From positions 62,001 to 126,000 of the forward strand of contig RHPI01003261.1 of assembly GCA_009103225.1 (NCBI GenBank): a stretch of DNA of 64,000 bases. Direction: 5' to 3'. The stretch is from Chlorokybus atmophyticus (Eukaryota; Plantae; Mesostigma and Chlorokybus algae). A model generated the notes under the pieces. The model did no database searches. It had not been told where the DNA came from and worked only from the letters and a program-made list of their open reading frames with translations. The translations under genes and the position numbers were made by a program. This document shows, piece after piece, positions 14,001 to 27,253 of the stretch (position 1 is the stretch's first letter; every line of letters starts with the position of its first letter).

Positions 14001-15299
14001 GAAGGCATTATCTCTTGGCATATCAGTACAAGCGTGGGTATATACATGCATATTATGCACATAGAAGATAGTAATAAAGTGGTGTCTGCAGTGGTCTTTG
14101 AACTGACTCAGTTCAAAGTAATGGACTTGCACCGCACTGTGACAGTACATACATATGCTTTGCAGTGTGCGATGCAGCGCCATATAGTGCTGCAAGAACA
14201 AGACAAACAATCAAACAGCATGTATGGTGTGCATGCATGCTACAACTCATTGGCTCGCTGCCAACCTTACCACTTCTGCTGGGGCGTGGGTGTACCAAGA
14301 GTGCGTGTCTTGTGAACACCGTTGCATGGGATACCGGCGAGCTGTTTCAGCATTGAAGGCGCCATTGTAAACCGCCACGACCACACCATCAGCATGCGGC
14401 GCCCACACCCTGAAAGCTACCAGCTGCTCGCCTTCGTATGTGACAAGCGTTGCACCGCTAGTAGTCGGCTCAGGCAACTCCTCAACCTGTGCGAGTGCAC
14501 ATAAGGCAAGGAATGATACACACCTGCTGAATGCAAGTAAAGACTATGGCGAGACAGGACAACACACCCATCGTGGCGTATTTGCAACAAGCTCTCACCT
14601 CAAGGGTTGTGGTAGCTGACTCTTCTGTAGGTGAAGAGATTACAGCGCAAGTCCTGTGAGTGAAAGCTGTAAGCAATCACATGGTGAAGAAAGCATCGTC
14701 ATTCCGGGAGACAACGCAGATTGCATTGCATGCTCAGCCCGAAGCTGTAGCATTAACAAAGCGTACGTACAGTCAGTCGTATCATGCATGCCGTGACAAC
14801 TAGTGAGGGTCATAAATACCGCTCAACATGTGTGTAACCAGCTATGCAATGTCAGAACTCGTCAGTCAGTGTACGGCACCTTGACATATATGCGCATGCA
14901 TGCAACGTTTGCATGCGCGTCGTAATGGTCAGTTGGCGCCGCACTGTTGTCGCTTCTTGCATGCAGCATATGTCTGACGAGCACTGGCACTGACACAATA
15001 AACCCATCCATCAACATCAGAGAAGCCGTGTCTCGCTATCATGTCATATTGCATAGGCAAAACATGCAACCAAAGCTCCGCAACCCTCACTTCAGCCAGG
15101 ATCGCTGCTTCCTGCTGCTGCTGCTGCCTGGGTGAAGTCCACCGACAGGCAGCGAACGGCTTCTACAGCCGAGCCGCGCCGCTTCGCCCCGTGTTTTTCT
15201 TGCAGAACGCCGGGAAACACCAAAAGCTACGGTCACCCTCCCCACCACTCCTTCCACCGCCCACCTTCCCGTCACCCCCGCCGCCGCCGCCATCGACAT
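11066..15299 (-). CDS. GH13 alpha-amylase family enzyme with CBM48 (branching enzyme/TreZ-like), probable plastid transit peptide
   Basis: FRVWAPHAD (CBM48), LILYELHIGSF, KLDYIKSLGFNAIQ, GGQWGYNP, GLRFDSVHNM (nucleophile), VLISEITPE (acid/base), FLGSHDQIG, GMPMTFMGSE. Ends PISLPKWAVLVFRKVQ*. Ala/Arg/Ser-rich N-terminus from ATG 15299; the junction between the first exons is not resolved. Confidence 0.85.
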
Positions 15300-16033
15300 G
15301 GCTGCTGCTACTGACGACAACGGCTCTGCGCAGCACAGCGCACATGCGCTTGTAGCGACGAAAACCGAATATGCACGCGCGTGCGTTTTGCATCGTCGGT
15401 CGTGCATGTGTGATCCTTTACACATCCTATGCAGAGTCCGATGCAGAGTCCTGAAACGGGCCAGGAGGGTAATGGCTGCGGCAGACCGTCCGGAGATGAG
15501 AGGTTCGAGAAAGCACATCACAAACATCCTGACCTGAGCCAGAGTGTGAAGCGTTGGTTGAGCGTGGACATAGTCCTGAAACATACAGCCTACCAAAGGG
15601 CCTGATTGTGACTAAACTAAGCTGACGTGATGCAAATAATAAACAATCCGAAAATGGGTTTCGATGCAATTTTTCACAAACTACTTGGAATCTAGAGTCA
15701 AGTTTATTTGGATGTCCATATTTTTTACAACATCGAATGATATTTGGAAAATAGCCCTTATATTCATTGTGCAGCATATGTGAGTGTTATTAAATTACAC
15801 CCATGTAGGGTGTGCAATCGCTCTCTGTTTCTCTTTAACCGTATATTTGCAAGCTCGCGCACGCAATCACAGTCATAACCATTACGTGATATTTTAAACC
15901 ACAGCAAGCCTTCAATTCTTAATAGCAACAATGCGATTATAATACGAGATTATCCTACTTTCTTCCCCTATATAGAGAGCGAGAGTCCCGGGAGGCCTTA
16001 AGCGTAACGTTTTGTCTGCTGATTGAACCTGAG

Positions 16034-16370
16034 TGTTAAGGGTCTTCTCCTTTATTTAAGGTTTTCACCTTGACATTATTTTATATGATCATAATTGATT
16101 GATCATATGCCAAGCTCCATTGGTTCCTCGCTCCATGCTTATTAAGACCTTATGAGTCTAATGCAAATTATGAGTCCCAACGGGTGATAACCGCGACTCT
16201 TACCCAAATTGGTTAGTATCCACCAGACTGGTCAAAGCTATGGCTAATAGTGAGTGGTTGGGAAGGGAGTTCTTTACCACACGACAGTCACGGCGGCGGC
16301 GGGGGTAGGGTCGTTGGCGTGGGTGTCGGGGTAGAGGATTAAAGGGGGAGTTTGGCATTTCCCCTTTACA
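16034..16370 (+). repeat. 5' LTR (337 bp)
   Basis: Starts TGTTAAGGG and ends CCCTTTACA. Alignable end to end with 22621-22961. Confidence 0.93.
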
Positions 16371-19300
16371 TTTGGTAGCGGAGCTACCCTTCCTTGTGGG
16401 TACGGCTCTGATTGTTTTCTTTATCGTAGGGCAGCGCCAGCAGTTGAAGTGGCTGTCGGCAGCACCACCGCCACATCCTCTAGGCCGGAAGCCTGGCCAG
16501 CCATGCTCCACTGCTCATCCACCTGCTGCATGACCTGCGTCGTCGCAGCAGGTGCTATGGTATTAACGACCGCCGGAGCTGTCCGCCGCGCGCGCCAGTT
16601 CCTACCCCTTGCGGTCGGCCGCCACCATGCCAGCGGCAACCAAAGCCTGGCAAGTCACCGCGACCAGCCAGACTCTCAACCTGAACAAGTAAATACTTAG
16701 CTTGTACAGGTTGCTTTACTAATCTGGCCCCTCTCCCTTGTGGGGAGGTGGATGTGCGTGAGTGTTTGCTGGCTCGCTTGCATTGTGTGCGTGTTTGTGC
16801 AAATATTAGCAAAGAGAGCCTCTCAAGATAATCTTGTCAGTATTTAAGGGAGCCTCTCAGATATTCTTCTGCGCTGCAGTAGAGCACCTAGTCAGTACGT
16901 TGCTTTGCTTTGCATCGCAAGTAGGTGACAGTACTCACTCGCACATTAACACCATCCTTTGAGTGGCAGTACACTCAGTGTTACAACACGAGCAGCCTCT
17001 GGCATAAGGCTTGTCGTTGTTGTTTGTTGCGAGCTTTGCTTGCACAACTCTTTTCACTAGCACAGCGTTGTTCTTACTACATGTATTGTTGTGTTTAGAC
17101 ATGGCAAAAGGCAAGTTAAGCAAGACATCTCAGGGCACTGTGAATCCCCCGCCTACTGCTACGCAAGTAGAGAGCAAAAGGAGAATACAGTTGACCCACA
17201 GGATGAGATTGAAGGGGCCATTCTCCTTGAGCTCACCAAGCAAGAACGTCTCCGCAGTCAACCCTACTCTGTGGGGAAGGCCAAACGTTTTGCAGGTAAT
17301 GTACGAAGGCACCTTCTTGCTAGTGAACAGTTCGACAAACCTGAACCCGCTGGGCAACAGCGCCTTACACTTGATGTAGAGAAGCGATCGAAAGAAGTTG
17401 AACAGGGGGCGACCCCATTAGAGTTACTTGCAGACCCTGTGCACATTGTGCATGTTGATGTCAATGAGCCTAGGGAGAACATTACATAGCAACAACCTGC
17501 ACCAGCAGCTACTCGCACTACTTCAGGGGAAGCTGAACAAAGCCAACCTTTTGTGTTGCAACCCATTGAGAACAATGATAAATTCATTCAAAAACTCCTG
17601 CGTATCTTTGACGCTGCTTCCAAAGGCCTACATGGTGCATTCGATATCTCGGCACAATATTGTTGCTATCAAGAAGCGTTAGCGCAAGGCATTACTGCTG
17701 GATTGAAGAATGCAAAGTCATTGATCTCTCATCTGTTTCAACAAGTGATGACGCTGCATTGTGCACCCGCAACGAGCACTATGTCTGCCAGTGCCAAGAT
17801 GGCATTGGTCAAGCCATTCAAGTTTGATCCCACTGACAGGAAGACTACTATCAAGAAGTGGGTCGTGTCCATCCACAACTGGTTGGCCTTAGCCACTAAC
17901 ATGTCAAAGGAGGACAAGTTCAACATTGTTTCCAACTTGGCACCAGCTGAGGTGCATATGCAGCATGAGGAGGGCATGTTTGCCAGTACCATGCAAGCAC
18001 TGCTAGACTACATGCGCACTCACTACCAAAGTGTTGCGCCTTGGGTGGTTGCTCATTCGAAGTTGGGCCAACTTCAAATGGGCAACAAGAGTGCTAATGT
18101 GTCTGCGCGCGAGTGGTGCCTGTTGGTTGATGAAGTCAAGCAAGGACCACTTCCATATGATGCGGCTGCATAAATACGCTCCTTTCACAGTGGATTACGC
18201 AAAGATATTGTCACCAGCTTGCAGCTGAAAGGGGACAACACTATGTGGGGGGCTAAGGATCTGAATGAGTACATCAAGGCTGTCATCAGTCTTTAGCACT
18301 CTATGCAATCTACCAAAGCAACTCATCCTGAGGATACAGCTGCAGAGTCAGCGCAGAAGAAGAGAGAGCACACGGACGGCAAACGTGGGGCACCTTAGCA
18401 ATCCAAGAAGCCCCGCTTTGACAAGCCAAGTGTGCCTTGTGCTTCTTGCAAAAAGCCGGGTCATGCGGCAGATCATTGTTGGCAGCTGCACCCTGAGCTC
18501 TAAGCCTCGACATCTCAGAAGATGGGCAAGGGCAAGGGCCAGAAGACTCAGCAGCAGCCGTGCAGATTAGCCATGCTCACTTTGCCTAGTGACATTGGTT
18601 TGGACGTTACATCTGTTTTGCGTACACATGGTGTTACACATGCTTGGTTTTATCCTAATACGTTGCCTGTGTTGCGGCGTGAGGAACCTGTGCATGATGC
18701 ACGTGTGTTGCTTTCGTGCAAACCCACTGACTTAGCAACTATTTCAGCAGAGTTTACTGTGTTTCAAAAACAGCATCCTGCTATCACAGGGTACGTCCTA
18801 ATGCCATGCTATCATGGCTCACGGTCCAAATGGACATCACATTGACATCTTGTGGCTAAGTTCAAGCGGACAACCGACATGCCTACTTCCTTGAAGTTGG
18901 TGATGCTTCCGCGGCACAGTGACCATGCGCTTGTGGCTGCATTTAACGGTCATCTTACTTACTCCCTTATTATGGACCTTTCAAGGTTCTTTAGCGGGTT
19001 ATCATGCTTCATTTGTGTCGGACACGGCTACGCATAGCTTCATTGATTACTCGTTAGTGAAACGCTTATCGTTGGCTATGTCACCAGCAAACATGATGTT
19101 GCATGCCGCATGGCGTAACACTTTGCCTCTAAACAGCCTGATTAATGCATGCATTATGCGTGCATTGACCAGTATGCACCAATGCGCATGATGCGCATTG
19201 GTGCATACTTGGGCGTATTTAAGATGTTGGTCACAGATTTTGAAATCAAAGTATTGATGTCATCCTGGGTCTTGCTTGGCAGCAAGCTGTGCTTTTGACT

Positions 19301-20610
19301 CTAGACACATATGCAAAAAACGTATTCTGTGCGCGAAGGTAAACATAGAGTTACGCTCACCGCGCAATTGCGTCGAGCCATGCCTGAGCCTGCAGGGCTT
19401 TTGAATGCTTTGCAAGCGAAACGTGTGTATCGCAAGCAGATTTCAATGGCCTTCTTTCCGTATGTACGCGCTTTTTCGACTGACGTTTTGCCAGAACTAC
19501 CACCGTATGGAGGAGGTATTGGTCATACCATCCTTATTAAACCGGGACTTGTCCCTCCTTCACGACCTACTTATAGGTTGAGTCCCGTCAAGAGGGAAGA
19601 AATGGAAAAGCAGATCACTGAGTTATTGGCCAAAGGTCGAACTTAGACCTTTGAATTGAATAACTTAGACCTTTGAATTGAATTCAGCAAAGTAAATCCC
19701 CATACGGCTCTCCCATTCTCTTTATGAAAAAGAGGAATGGGAAGCTACGCATGTGTGTGGATTAGCGTGCACTGCATAAGATCACGGTCAAAAATAGGTA
19801 CCCCTTACCTCGCATTGATGATATGCTGGTCTCATTGTCGGGTAGTAAGTACTTTACATCACTCGATTTAACCAGTGGTTATTATCACATCCGGTTGCAT
19901 CCCGATGATGTGTATGCAAGACTGCTTTGAAAAGCCAATTGGTCATTATAAATACAAGATGTTGCCATTTGTTTTTACCAACGCATCCGTAGTCTATCAA
20001 GTCGAGATGAATGCTGTGTTTGGCAACTTGCTTGGCAAGTTTGTGAAGGTCTACTTGGATGACATTATTGTTCATAGTAAGAACCCAGAGTAACATCGAC
20101 AACATGTGGTGATCGTGCTTGAGCGGCTGCGAAAGCACAAGTTGTTTGCCAACCTCAGCAAATGCACCTATGGTAAGCAGGAGTTGCCATACTCACGGCA
20201 CATTGTTGGTGATGATGGCATCAAGCTTGATCCTACCAAAGTTCACGTAAAAAATTGGCCTACGCCTCGCAAACAGCATGAGCTGATGTCATTTTCAGGC
20301 CTAGCTAACTACTTTCGACATTTTATACTCGATTACAGTTCACTGACTTTGCCGTTGACAACATTGTTACAAAAAGGACAATGCTTTACATGGGATGCGA
20401 AACACGGCAAATATGCGTCTGATCAAGCGTGCATTAAAATCAACACCTGTACTGGCAATGCCAGTTAATTGGAGGAAGCAATTCACTGTAATTAGTGATG
20501 CGTCCAAATTGGGGTGTGGTGCTCATGCAAGATGATCGTGTGTGTGCTTATGAGTCTCGCAAGTTCATTCCGGCTAAGGTCAACTATACCACTACTAAGC
20601 AAGAACAGCT

Positions 20611-20780
20611 GGGGGGGGGGGGGGGGGGNNNNNNNNNNNNNNNNNNNNNNNNNNNNNNNNNNNNNNNNNNNNNNNNNNNNNNNNNNNNNNNNNNNNNNNN
20701 NNNNNNNNNNNNNNNNNNNNNNNNNNNNNNNNNNNNNNNNNNNNNNNNNNNNNNNNNNNNNNGGGGGGGGGGGGGGGGGG
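20611..20780. other. Assembly gap flanked by poly-G
   Basis: N run 20629-20762 inside the RNase H region. Confidence 0.95.
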
Positions 20781-22620
20781 CATGCACTGAAAACGGGGCA
20801 TTGCTATTTCGAAGGCGTACACTTTACAATCATAATAGATCACAACCCTCTCGTGTTCTTTCAGACTCAACCATTGCTGTCTCGCCGCCAGGCACGCTGA
20901 AATGAGTTTTTGTCTCATTTTAATTTCGAATGGTGCTATTGTCGTGGTCGTAAGAGTGTGGCGGATCCATTAAGCTGCATACCGGTGATGATCAGCAGCA
21001 TTCGGGCATACATCAATGTCGTGGTTGCTGTAACACCGGACATATCATTCTTGTCATGTGTTTAAACTGGGTACAAGCCTTGACTGAATATGACCCTTGG
21101 TTTAACACCCATAACCACGTAAAGGGCCTTGAGTTGCGGAATGGAATATGGTACCGTACCATATTGCCCTTGTGCCAAGGGCAATGAGCTTGTTATACCT
21201 GACCATGATGGCTTGCGCATTGAGTGTATCGTTAATGTGCATGACCCCCCGCATGCTGGTCATTTTGGGCGGTCCAAGACTACCGCTGCAACCCAACGAC
21301 CCTTATACTGGCCCGGGTTGACAGTGGATGTCGATCGGTATGTTGCAACATGCGATGCATGTCAGCACAACAAGCCGAGACGGCAAGAATGTCCGGTCTT
21401 TTGCAGCCATTGCCTATCCCATTGCTGAGTTGGGAGAGTGTCAATATGGACCTCATCACTAAGCTATCAGAGACTCATTCAAGCCATACAGCGATTGTAG
21501 TGTTTGTAAATCGTCTAATTAAGATGGTTCACCTAGCTCCTTGCCATACGGACACGGGTGCTCGGGAAATAGCTATGATGTTCCTCTCCTCACTTTTCCG
21601 TTTGCATGGTTTGCCACGCAACATGGTATTGGACAAAGATCCGAGATTTACGTCTCAGTTTTAGAGATTAATGTGTTCTTGCGCATTAACCTACACATGA
21701 GTACGGCGTTTCATCCTTATACGGGTGGGCAAACTGAACGTGTTAACCAGATTGTGAAAGAAACTTTGCGACATTATGTTGCACATAATCAAATGATTGG
21801 GATGTCTACTTCCCCATGGCAAAATTTGCCATGAATAATGCCTGGCAAGAGAGCATTAACGACACACCCTTCTTTGCAAACCATGGCAAACACCCATTGG
21901 GGGTGGCTGATCTAAAGTTACCACCTAGTGATTAAGTGCCAGTTGCATGCGATCTTGCAAAAGAGTTGCAATCATGCACGCAACGAGCACGTGAGTGCAT
22001 GCGTGCGGTGCAAGATCGATACAAAGCGGACATTGATAAGCATTGGCGTAATGTTGAGTTTTACATTGCTGATATGGTGTTGCTAAGCACCAAGAACTTG
22101 TCACTCAAAGCAAAGGGTACCCGCAAACTCACGCCACGCTTTAAGGGACCGTTCGCAGTACGCGAACGAGTTGGCAATCTTGTGTACCGGTTAGAATTAC
22201 CAGCATCGCTGGGAAAGATACATGATGTATTTCCCGTAAGCCTCCTTTCAGCCTATCGTGCTGATGGACGGACTCTATCCCCACCTCTTGTTGTTGTCTT
22301 AAATGATAGTGAGGGCTAGAAATATGAGGTGGCGGGTGTACTTGATCATAGAAAAGATAAGCGCGGACGCACATCTTATCTGGTCAAGTGGAAAGGGTAT
22401 GGTGTTTAGCACAACACCTGGGAGCCCGAAAGGAACTTGACAAACTGCCAGTAGGTTCTTTAACATTACAACTCTCACTAGCGTGTGTGCCCACCGCATT
22501 ACTGACAGGATGAGGCAACATGTCTTCAGTGTGCAACCCTCGTCCCTCTTTGGAATCGGATCCGGCTGTTGGCATGATCAACCAAGGGTGTCGGGAGCCG
22601 CCTTCTTTGAGGGGGGGCAA

Positions 22621-22961
22621 TGTCAAGGGCTATTCCCTTATTTAAGGTTTTCACCTTGTCATCATTATATATGACCTTAATTGGTCAACTATATGCCAAG
22701 CTTCATTAGTTCCTCGCTCCATGCTTATCAAGACCCTGATATAAGTCTAATTCAAGTTATGAGTCCCAACGGGTGATATCCACGAATATTACCCGAATTG
22801 GTTGAAATCAACCTAACTAGTCAAACTATGCCTGATAGTGAGCGGTTGGAACGGGGGTTCAATACCACACGACAATCACGGCGGCGGCGTGGGTATGGTT
22901 GGCGTTGGCGTGGGTGTTGGGGTAGAAGATTAAAAGGGGAGTTTGGCATTTCCCCTTTACA
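22621..22961 (+). repeat. 3' LTR (341 bp)
   Basis: Starts TGTCAAGGG after the PPT and ends CCCTTTACA. Roughly 75-80% identical to the 5' LTR by eye. Confidence 0.93.
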
Positions 22962-23751
22962 CCGAGTGCATGCGCAACCTATAAATTACTCGGTATGTAA
23001 CATCGAGATTAGCTATATGTGCAAAATACATTGCGTATATGTTGCACATAGAGAGGTTGCATGATGCTCGTGTACGCATGTATCATGCTGACACGGAGTA
23101 CACTTTCCTTTGCACGGCACAGCGTAGCACAACCAAAGGTCATCTCAGTATTTGAGTAAAAGTATACACAGCAGCAAAGCAGAGCATGCGAAAAACGGCA
23201 TAAGGCTGCACTAAACCCAAAGCCGATGAGGTTATGCACGTGCATAACAAAACCATTCACAACCTCTCTTAAGTTGCAAACAAACGCACTCAAGTGTGCA
23301 TGCTCCAACATACTTTGTGTGCAGACGTGATGATTGTCTATAATACATAATTACGATCATGCTTGTGATGTGAAGTTTCAAGCCACACATGGTGTTTAAA
23401 TGTATGGTGCTATGGTTGTCTCTACCTTAAGCAGCAAGCACGAGCACAACCTACTCCACACCTACCCTCCAAGCAAGTGTTATGTCTCTAACCACATGAC
23501 TGCCACGGTGGGTGGCATTGCCACTGCGTCTCAGAAGCAAGCACCAAGCGTAAGCTCGCCATCCATAGTTGGACAGCATCCTGCTCTAATATCGACAATC
23601 GCGCTAATGCCATTGGCGCGAGTTGTGTCACCATGACAGCAACAAGCGATATCGCCCAGAAAAAGGGCCATAGCTTTCACCAGGCCAAGAACTTGCCCTT
23701 GCGCTGTTCTGGCCTGGTCTGGGCGGCGAAGTGGCGGCGGGCGTAGGCGTC

Positions 23752-26059
23752 ATGGCTGGCCGGTGGCGCGTCGTTAGTGTGGCTGGTGCATTGCTTCTGC
23801 TATCTGCTGTCGCTCCCTTCACGGCGGCGCTGCAGCTCAAATGGATCCCCGCAGATCAGCTGAACGGCGAGGACCAGGCTGAGCCTGGCAGCAGGCTGGA
23901 GAGCGGCGCTACTTCATCGGCTATCATGGCTGTGGAGGATAGGGTTACTGAGGTGCGGGAGCAGCAGGAGGAGGAGGCGCCTGTGGATTTTGGCAACATG
24001 CAAAGCATGCTGCACTGGGCAATTGGTACGTGGCCAGCTTGCTAGTTTTGCATGCATGGAGTAGCATGATTGGACGGTGTTTGTTTTGTGTTTTGTTTGG
24101 CTGTCTACACAGTTTGATCTTGTTATCTTGATTTTGAGCTGTGGATAACTGCGCAGCCATTGTGCATGTGCTCGTCGGTAGATAGTGTCATTGTTCCGCT
24201 GCAAAAGTAAGGAGCGTGAAAGGTTGCAGCAGAGTGTACCGGTTTGGTGCTGTTTGGCAACGGTTAGTTCCATAGGTAACAGATGACTGGCTGGTTGCAC
24301 CGTTGATTGCATGGATACTGCCGCAAGCACAAAGTGGCACACATAGCCACGTGCCTGGCTGCAACTCCTTTAACAGACAACTCCTAAACTAGTTTAATTA
24401 CCTTTGGCGCCATGGTATGTCAGTATGTTTGCACTCGCAGTGTAGTTACCGTATGAAGTGAACTGTGCTTACACCCATCTGTTTCTTATAGGGCACTCAG
24501 ACCCCAACGAGTTGCATCGCCAAGCGCACACAAAGAAGACATTGGCAGAGTTGGAGCAGCAGCGTCAAGAATTAAAGGTGGCTGCTTGATGTACAATGCA
24601 TGCATGTGTTCTGTGCGCAGAAGAAGTCGGCTTGTGAGAGGTGTTGTCGATTGTGCTTATGTCGCCTCCTGCAGGAAGTGATGGACCTCTTGCGCCTCCC
24701 TTCAGACGCTGAACTCATGACAAGCTCTATCAGCGTGCTGACAAACGAAACAAGCCCTGACATTGAACGGGAGCAGGCATTGCAGGAACTCCTGTATCTG
24801 GTGGAGCCCATTGATAATGCGAACGGTGCGTACACCACACTGGCATCTATGATGCTAAGGCATCTGGTGAAGAACAATACAAAATGTCTTGATTGCCGCT
24901 TGCCTTTGCAAGTTGCTATATGCTCCGCCTTGGTCAGTCGCGTTATGTACGACAGTTTACTTGGCCCATGTCCCCCCCCCCCGCGCGCGAGCGCGCGCGG
25001 TAGGTTGTTAACACTGTTTTTGTCTCAGACTTGCACAAGCTTGGTGGGCTTGAGGTGCTGGCGGGGTACTTGAGTGATTCCATACCTAGCTTACAGACAA
25101 CAGCTGCCTGGGCGTTGGGCACAGCCGCATCGAACAACCCGCTCGTGCAGGGTCAGGTATGCAACTGGCCGTGCAACCATCAGGTTGTTCCAACGATAGG
25201 AGAGTGTTAAGATGTCAAGTTTCAACAGATACTTGAGCTGGGTATCTTGGGAAAGCTGTTGCAAATGGTGGACACGAGTGATGTGGAGGGGCGTGTCAAG
25301 GGGCTGTTTGCCATCTCAGGTATGTGTTGGTCATGCATGACAGTGCATGCAGGGGTGGTCTGGCAGCATAGTGTTTGCCAGATACAGCAGCTGCAATGCA
25401 CTGAAGCAGAACAATGTTGTGGCAGCTGTCACACGCAACAACCCTGCAGCAGTCAAGGCGCTACAAGTCCTGGGTGGAATGGAAACTCTCCGCAACATCA
25501 TCTTGGACCCAGGCAAGGCACACCCAATTTGCATGCTCTCGGATGTGTGTAGCGGTTATGATTGGTTACATGGTTTTGCTGCCAGTGGCTCTGGTTTCTA
25601 TACTTGCTGATATTGACAGAGGCGGAACTGAGGCTCAAGCGAAAAGTCGTCTCATTGCTCGCTGATTGGCTACAAGACGGTAGCCTGTCTGTTGAAGCGC
25701 TCAGGAATGATACAATCGCCTGCGCATTTGTACACGCGTTGCAGCAACCTGATTGGGACTTGCGAGAAAAGGTATGATTTGCAGGGATGAACATCCAGTC
25801 GCTCATGCCCATCTGCACATACAAGGTTGTTTACCTGTTCACATGTACTGCGCAGTCTTTGCTTGCTATTCAGCTGCTTGTGGAGCAGCCGATGCACGAG
25901 CAGCTGTTTGCAGCATGCCCGCCGGCGTCTGCAATTGAACAGGTGCAAAGCGAGTTGACAGCTGCGCTTGAAGAAAATGGGGCGGATTTTAATGAAAGCT
26001 ACATGGCTGACCTACATAGTTTGTGTAGCTCTGTTCTAAGACACGTGCAGACTTCTTGA
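23752..26059 (+). CDS. SIL1: ER nucleotide exchange factor SIL1/Fes1 (HspBP1-like ARM repeats) with signal peptide
   Basis: Signal peptide MAGRWRVVSVAGALLLLSAVAPFTAA. MQSMLHWAIGHSDP (Fes1 N-terminal motif), ALQELLYLVEPIDNANDLHKLGGL, AAWALGTAASNNPLVQ, KGLFAIS. Confidence 0.88.
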
Positions 26060-27253
26060 TGTTGATGGAGGTGTAGTTTTATGGCTATTGGTGGTTTAGG
26101 CTGAGGTGCAAATAGTTTCATGTACATAAGGGAGTGGCTTGCAAGGAGTGCTCGAGTTGCTTTGGTAACAACCTTGGTTGCAATAATTGCATGGTTTTGG
26201 GGGATAGACTAATAAATCACGCTGCAAGATGCAGACAATCATGCTGGATTGCACATGATATCACGTGTTACATACACACCAGATCCGGTCATAGAATTGT
26301 CTTCGAGCATAAGTTAACCAGAAATGAAAACCATGGCTGAGCAGATTGAATTTATTCTTTCCCTCCTTTGAAGGTTGAGTTGTTTGCTTTTGTGTGTAAC
26401 TACACAAACGTACCGGTTACAACTACAAGTAGCAAACAACTTGCGTCGCGATGACCCCATGCACATAAATAAACGTTACTACTACAGTGTACTGCACCTT
26501 TTTCAACAATGGCATGCCGTACACAGCAGCAGTGCATGCCATGCACTGCTATGTATATTGTATGGTACAGTATACATATAAGAAATAATACGATGTAGTG
26601 CACGTTGCAGTTGAGAGAAAGAGCGACATGCTACTAAAAAGTCAGCAATGGGCTAGTTTACATTGTAAGAATAGAAGAAGAAGACAATCAACAACGAACA
26701 TAACGCTTTCACGCAAGACGGCAACTCCATTCCTTGCAATCAATTGCATTACACACTACATATATCAAGCCCTGATATGGCACAATTGCCCAAATTAACA
26801 TTGATGATAAGAATTTTATTTCAGATGCTAAACGTGCAATGAGCCTTGAGCAATGACCATATTATGCGAACAGTTCAATTCGAGGTTGGCATCATATTAA
26901 AATACTTACATACTTAATCGTGTGTTACATTTGCAACCATTACTGCAGAGACAAGCTTCGTATTTTTGTATTTGCTGACATAATGTATCAGCCCATCTGC
27001 CCCCCACCCTCCCCCCCTTAAACGCCCCTTGCTGTGCATTACTGACAATCACGGGACTTAACAATAATGCATGAAAATAATGACTAAAAATTACATAGCG
27101 TGTAGCAGCAATCTATATATATTCAACTGCATGATGATGTACATAATTGCACATATTTTACAAAGCTGATACTAGCATTCGCTGATAGCAAGCGAATACG
27201 TTAATAATACTGTGTGTTATGATAGCCCTTGGGTGGGGGCTTTGATAGCTATA

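Larger units (their letters stand above)
16034..22961 (+). mobile_element. Full-length, decayed Ty3/Gypsy LTR retrotransposon (chromovirus)
   Basis: Two LTRs TG...CA (16034-16370, 22621-22961). 5-bp TSD CTGAG/CCGAG. PBS TGGTAGCGGAGC (16373-16384, tRNA-iMet-like) and PPT GAGGGGGGG (22609-22617). Gag zinc knuckle CASCKKPGHAADHC (18438-18479), protease remnant SFVSDTATHSFID, RT ([18 protein letters not shown]), RNase H, integrase (HDPPHAGHFG, GPFAVRERVG) and chromodomain (YEVAGVLDH..YLVKWKGY..NTWEP). Many stops and frameshifts. Confidence 0.96.

Noticed and set aside
19640-19685. 22-bp tandem duplication in the retroelement pol region
   Set aside because: Ordinary decay mutation in a dead element.
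20611-20780. Poly-G tracts as G-quadruplexes or poly-Gly/Pro ORFs
   Set aside because: They flank an N gap symmetrically, typical of a sequencing or gap-filling artefact.
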